A stretch of 64,000 nt of DNA from Pelagomonas calceolata (lineage: Eukaryota): NCBI GenBank assembly GCA_918797485.1, contig CAKKNE010000004.1:5022001-5086000 (forward strand), given 5' to 3'. The first letter of the stretch is position 1. Every line of letters begins with the position of its first letter. The position numbers and the translations under genes are program-made. The notes beneath the pieces are model-generated. The model did no database searches, was not told the DNA's origin, and saw nothing but the letters and a program-made list of their open reading frames with translations. Below, piece by piece: positions 20,711-31,416 of this stretch.

Positions 20711-22160
20711 ATGGCCGACTTCGCTGCCGATCGCGGCGAGGAGGGCCCGAGGTGCCGCGTCGAGCAGTGCCTCGCGCCGCCGACGAACGGGCCGGCGCCG
20801 GACGAGAACGCCGCGATTTGCTCGGTCGCCTTCGATCAGACGGGCGCGTGGCTCGGCGTCGGCGACCGCGGCGGCCGCGTGCGCGTCTACGCGCGGCGCG
20901 GGCCGCGCTACGCGCCCTTCTGCGCGTTCCGGAGCCACGAGCCCGAGTTCGACTTCCTGAAGAGCCTCGAGGTCGAGGAAAAGGTCTCCCAGCTCCAGTT
21001 CTGCGGCGGGCGCGGCGACCGGTGCGGCGTCCTGGCCGCGAACGACCGCACGATCAAGCTGTGGTCCGTGGGCGAGGAGCGCGTCGGCGCGCGCCTGGAG
21101 AACACGAACCGGGAGCACGGCTACGACGAGCTGCGCGTGCCGCGCCTGGTCGGCGGCGCGCCGCAGGCCCGGGCCCGGGCGCGGGCGACGTACGCGCGCG
21201 AGCACGCGTACCACGTCCACTCGCTGAGCGTGTGCGCCGACGGCGAGACGTTCCTGTCCGCGGACGACCTGCGGGTCAACCTCTGGCGGCTGGACGTGGC
21301 GGATCGGTGCTGCAACGTCGTCGACGCGAAGCCGCCGAACATGGAGGACCTGGCGGAGGTCATCACGACGGCGCGCTTCCACCCGGTCGAGGGGCACACC
21401 CTGCTCTACGCCTCGTCGCGCGGCGCCGTCCGGCTCTTCGACCTGCGCGCCGCGGCGCGCTGCACGCGGCCGAGCCTGGTCCTCGACGCCGCGGCGCGGC
21501 GGCCGCCCGCGCCGGGGGGCGAGGACGACGCCGCGTCGTTCTTCGCGGAGATCGTGGCCTCGGTCTCGGACGCGCGCTTCGACGGCGACGGCCGCTTCGT
21601 CGTGACCCGCGACTTCCTGTGCTGCCGGACCTGGGACGTGCGGCGCGCCCGCGAGCCCGTGCACGCCGCCGGCGTCCACGACCACCTGCGCCCGAAGCTC
21701 GCGGACCTCTACGAGGCCGACCGCATCTTCGACAAGTTCGAGGTGTGCGCCTGCCGGGGCGACGGCGCCGTGGCGACGGGCGGCTCCCCGTGTGGAACTC
21801 AAATGTTACGGCGCGTTTGATTCTTCCCGTCAACCTCGAGGCCATCGACGCGACGCCTGCTCGATGGCGTGGCGATGCCGGTTCCTCGCCGCTCGACCCG
21901 ACACACTGGTTGATGTCCACACAGGCGGCTACGGGCGGTGCGCCGTGCGCGACGCCGCCACGGGGCTGGCGCTGGACGCGGAGCTCGTCGACGCGAACGG
22001 CGCCGCGCCGCCGCGCGTGCCGCAGTCCGGCGCGCCGGCGGACGCGATCGACGCCCCGGACGCGTCGAACCGCGTCCTCCACGTCGCGGCGCACCCGCGC
22101 GAGGAGACGTTCGCCGCGGCGCGCGGCGGCGAGTGCTACCTCCTGAAGGTGCATCGGTGA
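20711..22160 (+). CDS. PP2A regulatory subunit B55-like WD40 protein; intron 21780-21924
   Basis: GDRGGRV, FRSHEPEFDFLKSLEVEEK, FLSADDLRVNLW, KPPNMEDLAEVIT, IFDKFE. Confidence 0.92.
21788..21924 (+). mobile_element. Introner element (137 bp)
   Basis: TSD GCGGCTCC/GCGGCTAC; CCGTGTGGAACTCA...TGATGTCCACACAG. Confidence 0.9.
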
Positions 22161-22390
22161 TTAAATATTGGCATATTGTAACTAACGCCACACACCACAG
22201 GACTGCGATGCAGGGGGAAAAGAGTGTGCAATTCCGTAGTAGTGGTCGTCTAACGAAATAGTTTGCCCCATGTTTGAGGTAACTTGCGACGGGAATACAC
22301 GCCCGCCAATCCAGTGATTCAGGATGATGTATCGAGTCAATCAACGGGGAGTTAGTCAATCAAGGGAAGGGAGGGGATCGTCGTAGGGAA

Positions 22391-22860
22391 TCACGCAGCC
22401 GCGCACGCGGCCGGCAGGCCCGCGTCGCCGGCCTGGCACTCCTCGCCCGTCCACTGGTAGTGGTAGTTGTAGTGGCACCCCCTGTTCTGGCACGGCTGCT
22501 CGACGCCGCAGAGGACCTTGCCTTCGGCCGCGCACACGTTCGTGGCCTCGTGCCAGTCCTTCGGCGCGAAATTCGATAGCGGATTCAGGAAACCCGCGTA
22601 GCACTGGCCGTCCGCGTCCGCCCGCGTGCACGTGCTGTAACCCATGTCGGCGTCGCAGCACGCGAAGACGATCTTCTTGCCGGCGTGCTCGGTCGCCGCG
22701 GGATCGGTCTCACAATGGAAGCCGGCCCCGTTGCCGAGGTTGATGCGCACGCCGCACGTCGGGAACTGCTTCGTCGTCGGCTTCGCCGTCGGTTTGATAG
22801 TCGGGCGCGGCGTCGGTCTGGCCGTTGGCTTGGCCGTAAGTGCGCTGTCGTCCGCCGCGC
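22391..22860 (-). pseudogene. 3' fragment of a Cys-rich extracellular repeat protein with a PT linker
   Basis: TAKPTARPTPRPT...FPTCGVRINLGNGAGFHC...; in-frame stop just upstream and no start; paralogue at 45114-45569. Confidence 0.6.
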
Positions 22861-23142
22861 ATGCCGCTGGCGCGCATCAAACGGATAATGAAGTCGGACG
22901 AGGACGTGCGCATGATTTCGGCCGAGGCGCCGGTGGTCCTGGCGCGGGCGTGCGAATTATTCGTCCTGGAGCTGACGCTCCGCGCCGCGAAGGGCCAGGA
23001 AAACGAGAAAGTGATCACGCGCGCGGACGTCGTCGCCGCCATAAAAAACGCGGCAACGATGGACTTCCTCCGCGGCGTCGTGGACCCCTCGATGGCGCCC
23101 TCGGCCGACGAAATCGCCGCGGCCGAGGAGGAGGACCTCTAG
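22861..23142 (+). CDS. Histone-fold protein, NF-YC/HAP5-like (possibly 5'-truncated)
   Basis: PLARIKRIMKSDEDVRMISAEAPVVLARACELFVLELTLRA. Confidence 0.88.
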   Translation: MPLARIKRIMKSDEDVRMISAEAPVVLARACELFVLELTLRAAKGQENEKVITRADVVAAIKNAATMDFLRGVVDPSMAPSADEIAAAEEEDL

Positions 23143-23500
23143 AGCCTAGCCGCATAAATTTAGTCACCCGTCGGAGACGTACGCCGCCGCCTTCTGGAGC
23201 TTCGCGAAGGAGAGCGGCGTCGTGGACCCCTCGATGGCGCCCTCGGCCGACGAAATCGCCGCGGCCGAGGAGGAGGACCTCTAGAGCCTAGCCGCATAAA
23301 TTTAGTCACCCGTCGGAGACGTACGCCGCCGCCTTCTGGAGCTTCGCGAAGGAGAGCGGCGTCGTGGACCCCTCGATGGCGCCCTCGGCCGACGAAATCG
23401 CCGCGGCCGAGGAGGAGGACCTCTAGAGCCTAGCCGCATAAATTTAGTCACCCGTCGAAGACGTACGCCGCCGCCTTCTGGAGCTTCGCGAAGGAGAGCG
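23072..23500. repeat. Tandem triplication, 142-bp unit
   Basis: Units start at 23072, 23214 and 23356. Confidence 0.97.
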
Positions 23501-25229
23501 CCTCCGCGTCGCTCGTGATGATCGTGAACTCGAACATGGGCGAGCGCACGCCGAAGTCGATGTCGTCCACGACCGTCGAGAGCCGCTCCGACACGACGGC
23601 CGCGACCTGGGCGGCGTCGACGTCGTCGCTCCGGGCCAGCGCCCGCCCGGCCTCGACCTTGGTGAGCCGCTCCCGCAGCGCGCCGAGCGAATCGAGCGAC
23701 ACCCAGACGCCGACGAGGCGCACGCCCGCCAGGCCCTCGAGCCGCCGCGCCGTCTCGACGTCGCAGTCCAGGACGCACGTCTTGCCGTCCGCCCGGTCGA
23801 CGAGCTCGGCGCGCGCCAGGCCGCGCTTCTTCGGCACCGCCCGATCCAGCAGCGTGGTCTCCTCCTCCGCGAGCGCCTCGTCGCCGCCGAAGACCACGGC
23901 CAGGTCGTCCCTCCCGTCGAACGCGGCCTCGTCCACGACGTCGTCGGCCGAGTCGCGGTCCGTGCTGAGCCACCGCGGCGCCGCGAACCGCGGGTCGGCC
24001 GCGACCAGCCGGTCGACCAGGGTGCTCTTGCCCGCGCCCGGCGGGCCGCAGACCACGAGCACCGTCTGCCGCGCGCGCCGCGCGGCCGCCGCCAGCGCCT
24101 CCGCCTCGCCGTCGCCGTCCTCCGCGGCGGCGTCGCGCTGCTTGACGAGCTCCCGCGCGCCCTTGCCCAGCGACCCGGGCAGCATCGCGGCGATGTCCTC
24201 GGCGCCGCCGCCCCCGAAGACCTGCCGCGCGAGCAGCGGCACGCGGTACGCCACCACGCCCAGGGCCGCGCAGGCGAACTCGTCGAACGGGATGACGCGC
24301 AGCGCGCCGCCGCCCTTGCCGGAGGCGGCGTCGAGGGCCGCGAGCACCTGCGGGGGGACCGGCGCGTCGCGTCGCGTCGCGCGCGCGTCGGGGCCGCCGC
24401 GCCGCCCCGCGGCCCGGCGACGTCGAAGGCGCCCCGCCGGTCGGCGCCGCGCGCGCGCCACGAACGCGGCCGCGGGGAAGGCCAGCCGGTACTTGCTGAG
24501 GTCGACGTCGAAGAGCCCCTCCCGCCGGTCGTCGCCCGCGCGGTCCGCGAAGGCGCTGAGCCCCGCGACGTACGCGAGGCCGCCCGCCGCGCCGAGCGCG
24601 AAGGCCCGCGCGTCGTCGAGGTCGCGCGTCGCGGCCGTCACCGCGACCAGGCCGGCCGCCGACGCCAGGGCGGAGTCCGTCAGCAGCTGCCGCTTCAGGG
24701 CGGCGTACTCCTCCCGCGACCGCTCCTCGGCGGCGTAGTCGACCCTCGCGCGGCCGCCCTTGGGCTTGAAGTCCGGGGCGAGCGCCCGGTACGAGGCCGC
24801 GCGCGCCAGCAGGCCCGCCGCGCTGCCGCTGAGGGGCTTGATCGCCGCGGACGGCTCCGTGGCCGTGAGCACGAACGCGTCGTCCTCGGCCGCGGGGGCC
24901 GCCTCCAGCGGCACGAGCTCCGCCACGTCGACGGCCGTCCGCCGCTTCCGCGCCAGCGCCGCCGCCGGCAGCCGCCACACGTCGCCCGCCTGGTCCTCCA
25001 GCGGCACGACGTCCGCGAGCCACCGGTCGCCGCGCGGCTGCAGCGAGCGGATCTGCCCCACGCTCGTCTCGCCGGGCCAGTCGCCGGCGAAGGCCACGAC
25101 GTCGCCCACCCGCGGCTCGGGGAGGACCTCTTGCGGCGCGGCCGCGCGCGGCGCGGCCGCGCGCGGTCCCAGCGCTGGCAGGACAAACGCCGCGCAGGCG
25201 CACATCGGGGTGAGGAGTAGCAGGCGCAT
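23448..25229 (-). CDS. Plastid-targeted membrane protein with C-terminal guanylate-kinase-like domain; in-frame intron ~24348-24461
   Basis: Signal + CAA-FV presequence; VVCGPPGAGKSTLV, GKTCVLDCDV, FEFTII. Confidence 0.7.
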   Translation of the reverse strand: MRLLLLTPMCACAAFVLPALGPRAAAPRAAAPQEVLPEPRVGDVVAFAGDWPGETSVGQIRSLQPRGDRWLADVVPLEDQAGDVWRLPAAALARKRRTAVDVAELVPLEAAPAAEDDAFVLTATEPSAAIKPLSGSAAGLLARAASYRALAPDFKPKGGRARVDYAAEERSREEYAALKRQLLTDSALASAAGLVAVTAATRDLDDARAFALGAAGGLAYVAGLSAFADRAGDDRREGLFDVDLSKYRLAFPAAAFVARARRRPAGRLRRRRAAGRRGGPDARATRRDAPVPPQVLAALDAASGKGGGALRVIPFDEFACAALGVVAYRVPLLARQVFGGGGAEDIAAMLPGSLGKGARELVKQRDAAAEDGDGEAEALAAAARRARQTVLVVCGPPGAGKSTLVDRLVAADPRFAAPRWLSTDRDSADDVVDEAAFDGRDDLAVVFGGDEALAEEETTLLDRAVPKKRGLARAELVDRADGKTCVLDCDVETARRLEGLAGVRLVGVWVSLDSLGALRERLTKVEAGRALARSDDVDAAQVAAVVSERLSTVVDDIDFGVRSPMFEFTIITSDAEALSFAKLQKAAAYVFDG

Positions 25230-25401
25230 GGCTGCCGACCAGCGACAGAACACGTGTGCGTGTGCAGCGCTTTTAGCACCCTCGACTTCTCGCAAAAGCT
25301 CGGGGAGGACTGCAGCCGGCTCTCACTCTAGTGTCTTACTGCGCTAGCCAAAGCCGCGTGGCTAGCGGCCTGTAAGACACTAGCAAGCAAGCGCCCAAGC
25401 G

Positions 25402-25528
25402 GGCTGCACATGAGGCCATGTGCTGCACACGCAAAAACACGGTTGGCGAGCGAAGCGGAGCAGCGAAGCTGCGCAGCGGAGCCGCCAGCCGTGTTTTTGC
25501 GTGTGCAGCACAGGCCTCATGTGCAGCC
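25402..25528. repeat. Long hairpin with ~47-bp arms and a 34-nt loop
   Basis: 25402-25448 is the reverse complement of 25483-25528 with one indel and one mismatch. Confidence 0.92.
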
Positions 25529-26687
25529 GCACAGGCCACGGCGCTAGCGATTTGGACGGATTTTGGAACGACTGCCTTCGAGGCCTTTCGACGGCCGCGA
25601 ACTCTACGTTCGCGCGCCGCAACCGCGCGCAGCAGCTGCCAGACATCCGAGGGCACCGCGACGCTAAAAATTCTAGCTCTAAATGGCTTTAGACGCGCGC
25701 GGCGCGCGAAAGACGCGTTCGCCGAGAATCGCCGAGATGCAATTTTTCACGCCCTTCCGTTTTTGCGAACTTTGAGGCCCACGGCATCGTTTCGCGTGAG
25801 TTCTGGGACGCAGCGAAACCTCTGACGCGACTTCAAAGGATTTTGTGAGCCGTGCCGGCCCGGCGCATCGAGTCGAGAACGAACGCGCAATCGCAAAAGT
25901 GCCGAACAGATGGATGCGCGCTACGCGCGCGGTCGCACAGCACTCGTGGAGCGTCGCGAGCGCTTCTATCGGCTCGGAAACCGCCTGTCGGGGCATTTAG
26001 CGCCTTTGTTTCCTAAAATTCAATTTCTTAAATATACTAAACGGGTTTCTCAGGGACTCTTTCTATGGGACCTACTGGCCACTCCCGGCCCCAGAAAGGA
26101 ACAAACGCCCTACAGCCCAACCCGACGCGCCCATAGGGCCTCCCTAGTAGGCCTAGAGCGGACGGGAGCCGGGTCGCGCATTCGCGGACGGCCACCCGAC
26201 GACCGCACGAGCCGCGACGATCGATTCCGCCAGTTTGGCGGAGCACCACAGTTGCCATGATCACGTATAGCGAGCGATGCGACTCCATAGCGCGTCATAG
26301 CGATCAGTGGCTGGTTTTCATCCGCGCACTGCACTTGTGCGAAAACGCGTCTCGGCGCATGGGTGTGTGCGAGTCCTAAAGAGTGTTATAAGTCATGCTG
26401 GCGCAACGGACGTGTTGTATGTATGGTCGGCAACTGTCCCGTGGCGCGAAATGAGTCCGCGCGGCGTTTACGGGCGGCCGTGACCGATCGTAGGCATCGC
26501 AGCGCTTTTGGCTAAAATCATGCGCGCGCGCGTTTTTTTCCGTGTGTGAAGCCTGCGCGCAGTCGTTCGAGGTCCAAGGACACCCCTCGTAGCCCCACGT
26601 GTGAAACGGAGCGATTTTTATTTCGCGCGCACACGGCGCACACGGAGGGCTAGTGTGTGCACAAATCGCTAGCGCCGTGGCCTGTGC
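25529..26687. mobile_element. Non-autonomous TIR element (~1.16 kb)
   Basis: GCACAGGCCACGGCGCTAGCGATTTG at 25529 and its exact reverse complement at 26662-26687; GCAGCC on both flanks; no convincing ORF. Confidence 0.8.
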
Positions 26688-26905
26688 GCAGCCTCGCTCG
26701 AAGCCAAAGCAAGCTTTCGCGTCGAGTCTCAGCTCGAGCCGTGCGGCGCTCAGTGAGGCCAGTGCGCCACTGCTGTCAAATTCACGGCGCTGGGGTGTGC
26801 TCCAACGCGAAGCAGTGCTCCGAGACGGCGCCTAGCTCTAAGAACCTTAGTCAAAAACGCGGATTTTCTGCTGGTCTGCATTTTAACCACATCGACGGCC
26901 ACGAG

Positions 26906-27692
26906 ATGTCGACGACGCAGCCGACGCTGCGCACGACTCGCGCCAAGCCGGCCGAGGGCGGCCCGCGCCCGCCGCGCAGCGTGGCGGAGTGGACCGTGTT
27001 CAACTTGAACAACGACCTTATCACGATGATCATCATCGCCTGGGACGCGGGCGTGACGGGCGCCAACATGGCCATCGTCGACCGGGCCGACGCCTGCGGG
27101 TTCGACATGCGCGCCGTCGACAGGCACGGCCGAAGCCAGCACCGGAGGATCACCTTCCGGTCGGCGCCCTGCGCCACCGTGGAGAAGGTGCGGCGCGAGC
27201 TCGCGGACCTGCGGGAGCGGGCCGCGCGGCCGCGGCTGGCCGTGAGCCCGTCCCTGTTCGCGTCGCTCTTCGCGTGGTGCGTGCTCGCGTTCGCCTGGGG
27301 CCACACGCACGGCGTCCACGTGCTCGAGGAGCGCGTCGCGCGGTTCGTGGGCCTGCACGAGGAGGACGTGCCGTCGTCCAAGGAATTCTTGGGCTGGTGC
27401 ACGTTCGCGGTGCTGGCGGCGAACGCCGTCGAGGGCCTCGCGGCCGTCTACCTGGCGCGGACGAAGTTCCTGTTCTCGCGGAGGAACTGCCTGGGCTGGT
27501 TCCTGCTGTCGTTGGTCGCGGGCAGCGCGGCACATCGAGAGGTTTTTTTTTTCGGCGCGGCGGCGCGGGCCCCCGACGCCACGGTCGGTTTCCGCACAGG
27601 TCGCGGGCTACCCCGTCGCCCAGGCCATGCTCGAGCTGAAGCAGGCGCGGTCGCGCGCGTTCATGGCCGCTTATCGGCGGAAGCGGGACTAA
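26906..27692 (+). CDS. Membrane protein, DUF2470-like N-terminus and TMEM254-like C-terminus; intron 27515-27599
   Basis: DACGFDM..ITF...VRREL; ANAVEG..WFLLSL|VAGYP; perfect TSD GTCGCGGG around the intron. Confidence 0.6.
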
Positions 27693-27703
27693 AAACGGTT
27701 CGT

Positions 27704-28754
27704 TTAGTTGTTTAGGCTCCCCGTCATGACTCCTAGCGCGCCCCGGATCAGCTCCGGGATCCCCAGGTCCGCGTCGACGTCGTCGTACGACGTCAGCGTC
27801 GTGTCGTCGCTTTCCTTCGTGTAGACGTACAGGTTGTCGTCGACGTCCCTCGAGACGCGGACGTCTCCGTCGCAGTAGGTCGTCGTGAAGATGGGAAACG
27901 GTCGGTCTATCGGGAGCGCGTCGTTGACGCGGCGCGAGTCCAACTTGAGGCCGTTGTCGAGCAGCGGCCGCAGCAGGGGTATGTTGCTGCCCTTCACCTC
28001 GACCTGTGCGAATCAACCAGTGAGTGGGGTGAACGCGCCGTGAAATTTTGATTTATGCACAGACCTCGACGTCGGCCATCTCGAGCGTCTTCTCGAGGCC
28101 CCTCGGAGTTTCCGTCGTCGCGGTGATGTCGGCGGAGGAGACGATCGACCCAAATATCGTCACCGGCATGCTCCCCCCGACCCGCATCGGCGCCGCCGCG
28201 ACGCTGGTCTCGAACTCGCTCACGAGGCGGCCCGGCGCCACGATCTGGCGCACCGCGCCGATTTCGGACACCATGGTGGCCTTACGATGCTGGTCGCAAA
28301 ACCAGTCGTAGCGCCTCGCCTCTTCGCCGTCCTGGCAGGCCGCCCGCCCGGCCATCCAGAACGGGCTCGACCTGAAGAGGTACGTCGAGCAATACGCCAG
28401 GTTCCAGCGGCCATTCAACAGCTGCGCGTCCGTCGGCGCCCCTTGCGCTTCCAGCCGCCGGGCGACATCGTTCACCGCCTCGTTCGGCCGCTTGTCTAAT
28501 TGCTGGCCGCGGGCCGTGCGCGAGACCGCGAGCAGCAGCTCCTTTTTGAGGCTCTCCCTGTCCTCGACCCGGGGCACGTCGATCACGTCAGGAGCGGCAT
28601 CCTCGGCCGAGTCCGACGGCCAGTCGCCCTCGCCTTCCGCCATCGATCGCAGCGGTGGCAGGTGCATCGCCGGCGCGAGTTGCGGCACAAGAAAGCCACT
28701 CGTGGTTGTTGCCGCTGCCGTCATCAATGCCACGAGGACATGCGTTGCTGCCAT
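27704..28754 (-). CDS. Plastid lipid-associated protein/fibrillin family; intron 28004-28070
   Basis: SG-FL presequence, LKKELL, LLNGRWNLAYCS, TTYCDGDVRVSRD..NLYVY. Confidence 0.8.
28004..28062 (-). mobile_element. Miniature introner (59 bp), perfect TSD ACCTCGAC
   Basis: CTGTGCGAATCAACCAGTG...AATTTTGATTTATGCACAG. Confidence 0.9.
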
Positions 28755-29250
28755 TTTCAGGAATTCGCGAACGCAGCGTGGTTTTAGATCGCTAGCATAA
28801 AGCACGCTCCACGGGCTGGCCAAAGAACGCAGCGTGGTGGTTCAGCTCGCTCCACGTACCTTGGATTCGTATTTTTGGGAGAGCTTGCTTGCTAGGGATG
28901 CCTAGTGTCTTACAGGCCGCTAGCGCGCGGGATTCCTAAACGCGGGAGCCCTGGAAGCCGCAACCCGGGGACGGGATCTCCTCAAACTGGCTCATTGCCG
29001 AACTGACTCATCACCTGCCCGACCGGTCAGACCCCCCATTTGGAAGGCCGACTCGCGGGACACACCCCCGTCCTTTTGAGGCGAGCTAGTATGATTACCG
29101 CTGCGGGGCCCTCCCCCCCAGGGGCTCCGACCACTAGTCCAGCACCGTAACAATAATCCGAGGCACAGTCCTAGCACCGTAACATGGGATAACGAGGCGC
29201 ATCGGCTAAATGACGAGGCGAAGCCCCAAGCAGGACACACACACGGCACA

Positions 29251-30414
29251 TTAGAAGTCCCAGTCCCCGCGCGCCCGCTCCTCGTCGATCAAAGCGAGCG
29301 CCTCGTCGATCGTCGACCGGGACCAGTCCCACAGCTCCGCCGCCGCCGCGTCGTCCGCGGCGCCCGGCGACGTCTCCGTGGGCTCGCCGTCCGACAGGTA
29401 GGCCCCCGCGAGGCCGGGCGCGACCAGCCCCACGACGACGTCGCGCGCGGCGTCCCGCGGCTTCTTGAAGACGGAGACCGGGGCGCTGCCGACGACCCCC
29501 TTCAGGAACGACTGCGCCGTCGTCGAGAGCGTCCCGATCGACGCGTCGACCGTCGGCGGCAGCAGGCCGAACGGGTCCGGCGGCAGCGCGACGTCGAAGT
29601 CCCGGAACAGCTCCGAGTCCACGGCGCCGGGGTGCGCGCTCACGGCCTCGACGGCGTACCGCCGCGGCAGCTCGCGCGCGAAGAGCACGTTCGCCAGCTT
29701 GGTCTGGGCGTAGGCCTCCAGCGGGTCGAAGGCCCGGCGCGTCCAGCGCGCGTCGTCCAGCTCCAGGCGGTCCTGGCGCGTCGCGGCGTGCGCCGTCGAC
29801 GCGACGGAGACGACGCGCGCGACGCCGCCCGCGTCGAGGAGCCGCGTCGCCAGGAGGAAGTGCCCCAGGTGGTTGGCCTGGAGCCCCGCCTCGAGCTCGT
29901 CCTCGGTGTACCGCAGGGTCGTGGGCCAGCAGCCCGCGCACAGCACCAGGCCGTCCGCGCGCCCGATGGCGGCGGCGGCGGCGCGCGTCTCCGTCAGCGA
30001 CTCCAGGTCGAACCGCGCGGACTCCACGCCCCGCCTCGCGACGCGCCCCACGAGAGCCACGGCGCGCTCGAGCTTCTTCTCGTCCCGGCCGCAGACGACG
30101 ACGTCGTAGCCCAGCGCGGCAACTTCCCTGGCGACGTCCAGGCCGACCCCCGACGTAGAGCCGGTGACGACCACTCGCCCGCCGTCCGGGATGGCCCGCG
30201 GACCGCCCACCTGCAGCTGGCTCAGCTGGTCGCCGAAGAGCGCGCGCCGGACGGCGCGCGCCGCGTCCTCGCGCGCGCGCTGCGCAAAGTACGACCCCCG
30301 CGAGAAGAGCGTCGGTTTTTGCGCGAGCGGCACACTCGCGCGTCCTGCGAGGCCCTGGACCACCGCCACGACTGATGCGATGGCAATGAGGTGGCGCCGC
30401 ATTGAGGTGGCCAC
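29251..30414 (-). CDS. Short-chain dehydrogenase/reductase, retinol-dehydrogenase-like
   Basis: VVTGSTSGVG, NHLGHFLL, YAQTKLAN, HPGAV. Confidence 0.9.
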   Translation of the reverse strand: MATSMRRHLIAIASVVAVVQGLAGRASVPLAQKPTLFSRGSYFAQRAREDAARAVRRALFGDQLSQLQVGGPRAIPDGGRVVVTGSTSGVGLDVAREVAALGYDVVVCGRDEKKLERAVALVGRVARRGVESARFDLESLTETRAAAAAIGRADGLVLCAGCWPTTLRYTEDELEAGLQANHLGHFLLATRLLDAGGVARVVSVASTAHAATRQDRLELDDARWTRRAFDPLEAYAQTKLANVLFARELPRRYAVEAVSAHPGAVDSELFRDFDVALPPDPFGLLPPTVDASIGTLSTTAQSFLKGVVGSAPVSVFKKPRDAARDVVVGLVAPGLAGAYLSDGEPTETSPGAADDAAAAELWDWSRSTIDEALALIDEERARGDWDF

Positions 30415-30687
30415 AGCTCTTTGACTTTCGGCCGGGAATTGCTCAATGAGTCAGTTAAACATGCAGCGCTATCAGTTAAACAACATGCAGCGCTATATAA
30501 TGGCAATGAGCCGTAATTGCCGGCTGCCGGGGACACCCCTAGTGGCTTACATGACGCTAGCACCCTCGTGCGTGAGGGTTGTTTATAGGTAACCCTTGAA
30601 AGACGATCAGTGTTTTTAGCAGCTCCCGCAACAAAGGGAGCCCTTTCGAAGGCACCATTCTTACAATACACTACGGACGACCCACTC

Positions 30688-31365
30688 ATGGCCGCCCACC
30701 TGTCGCAATCGTACCTCGTAGCGGAGGCCCTCTCGGCAACCGGCTTGAAAAACCGCGCCGTGCTCTTCGCCATGGATCCGTACGTGAAGCTCACCGCGCT
30801 GCCGTCGAAACGCAGCGCCCGCTGCCGGAAGCACGCCGGCGGCGGACGCAACCCGCGCTGGGGCGGCGAGCGGGGCCGCCTGCAGCTCGCGCTCGCGGCG
30901 GCGGACGACCGCATCCTCGTGGAAGTGTGGAACCAGAACGTGATGACGCCTTCCGACAGGGTCGGCCGGTGCGAGCTCTCCGTGGCGGCGATCACGGCCG
31001 ATCCGCAGCCGTTCCAGCTGCCGCTCGACACGGGCGGCGAGGTCGCGATCCGCGCGCGCGTCGCCGACAGCGCGCCCGCGGTGCCGCGGTCGGGTGGCCA
31101 CACGCTCGGCGGCGCCGCCGCCAACGCGGACCGGCGCGCGGCGGCGGCGGCGGCGGCCGAGCGCCGCGCGAACGACTGGCGCCAGGGCGGCGGCGGCGGC
31201 CAGAAGCAGAACGCCAGAATCGCCGAGCGGCGCGAGAAGGACATCCTCGTGGGGAAAATCACGGAGTTGTACGCGGCGAAGGGCGACGACCCGCCCTTCG
31301 GCCTCGCGTCGTCCGACCTCGCGACGCTGCGGCGACACCTCGAGCGGATGCGAGATAGGAAGTAA
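30688..31365 (+). CDS. C2-domain protein
   Basis: MDPYVKL, GGRNPRW, VEVWNQN..SDRVG. Confidence 0.8.
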   Translation: MAAHLSQSYLVAEALSATGLKNRAVLFAMDPYVKLTALPSKRSARCRKHAGGGRNPRWGGERGRLQLALAAADDRILVEVWNQNVMTPSDRVGRCELSVAAITADPQPFQLPLDTGGEVAIRARVADSAPAVPRSGGHTLGGAAANADRRAAAAAAAERRANDWRQGGGGGQKQNARIAERREKDILVGKITELYAAKGDDPPFGLASSDLATLRRHLERMRDRK

Positions 31366-31416
31366 CTATAGAAATCGCAGCAGACACAGTACATACAGAT
31401 TTATTCGTCGCTGTCT

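Noticed and set aside
23072..23500. Possible CRISPR-like or att-site array
   Set aside because: It is a plain 142-bp tandem copy of two gene ends
25418..26334. Transposase inside the TIR element
   Set aside because: Only short ORFs, with no DDE or other recognisable motif
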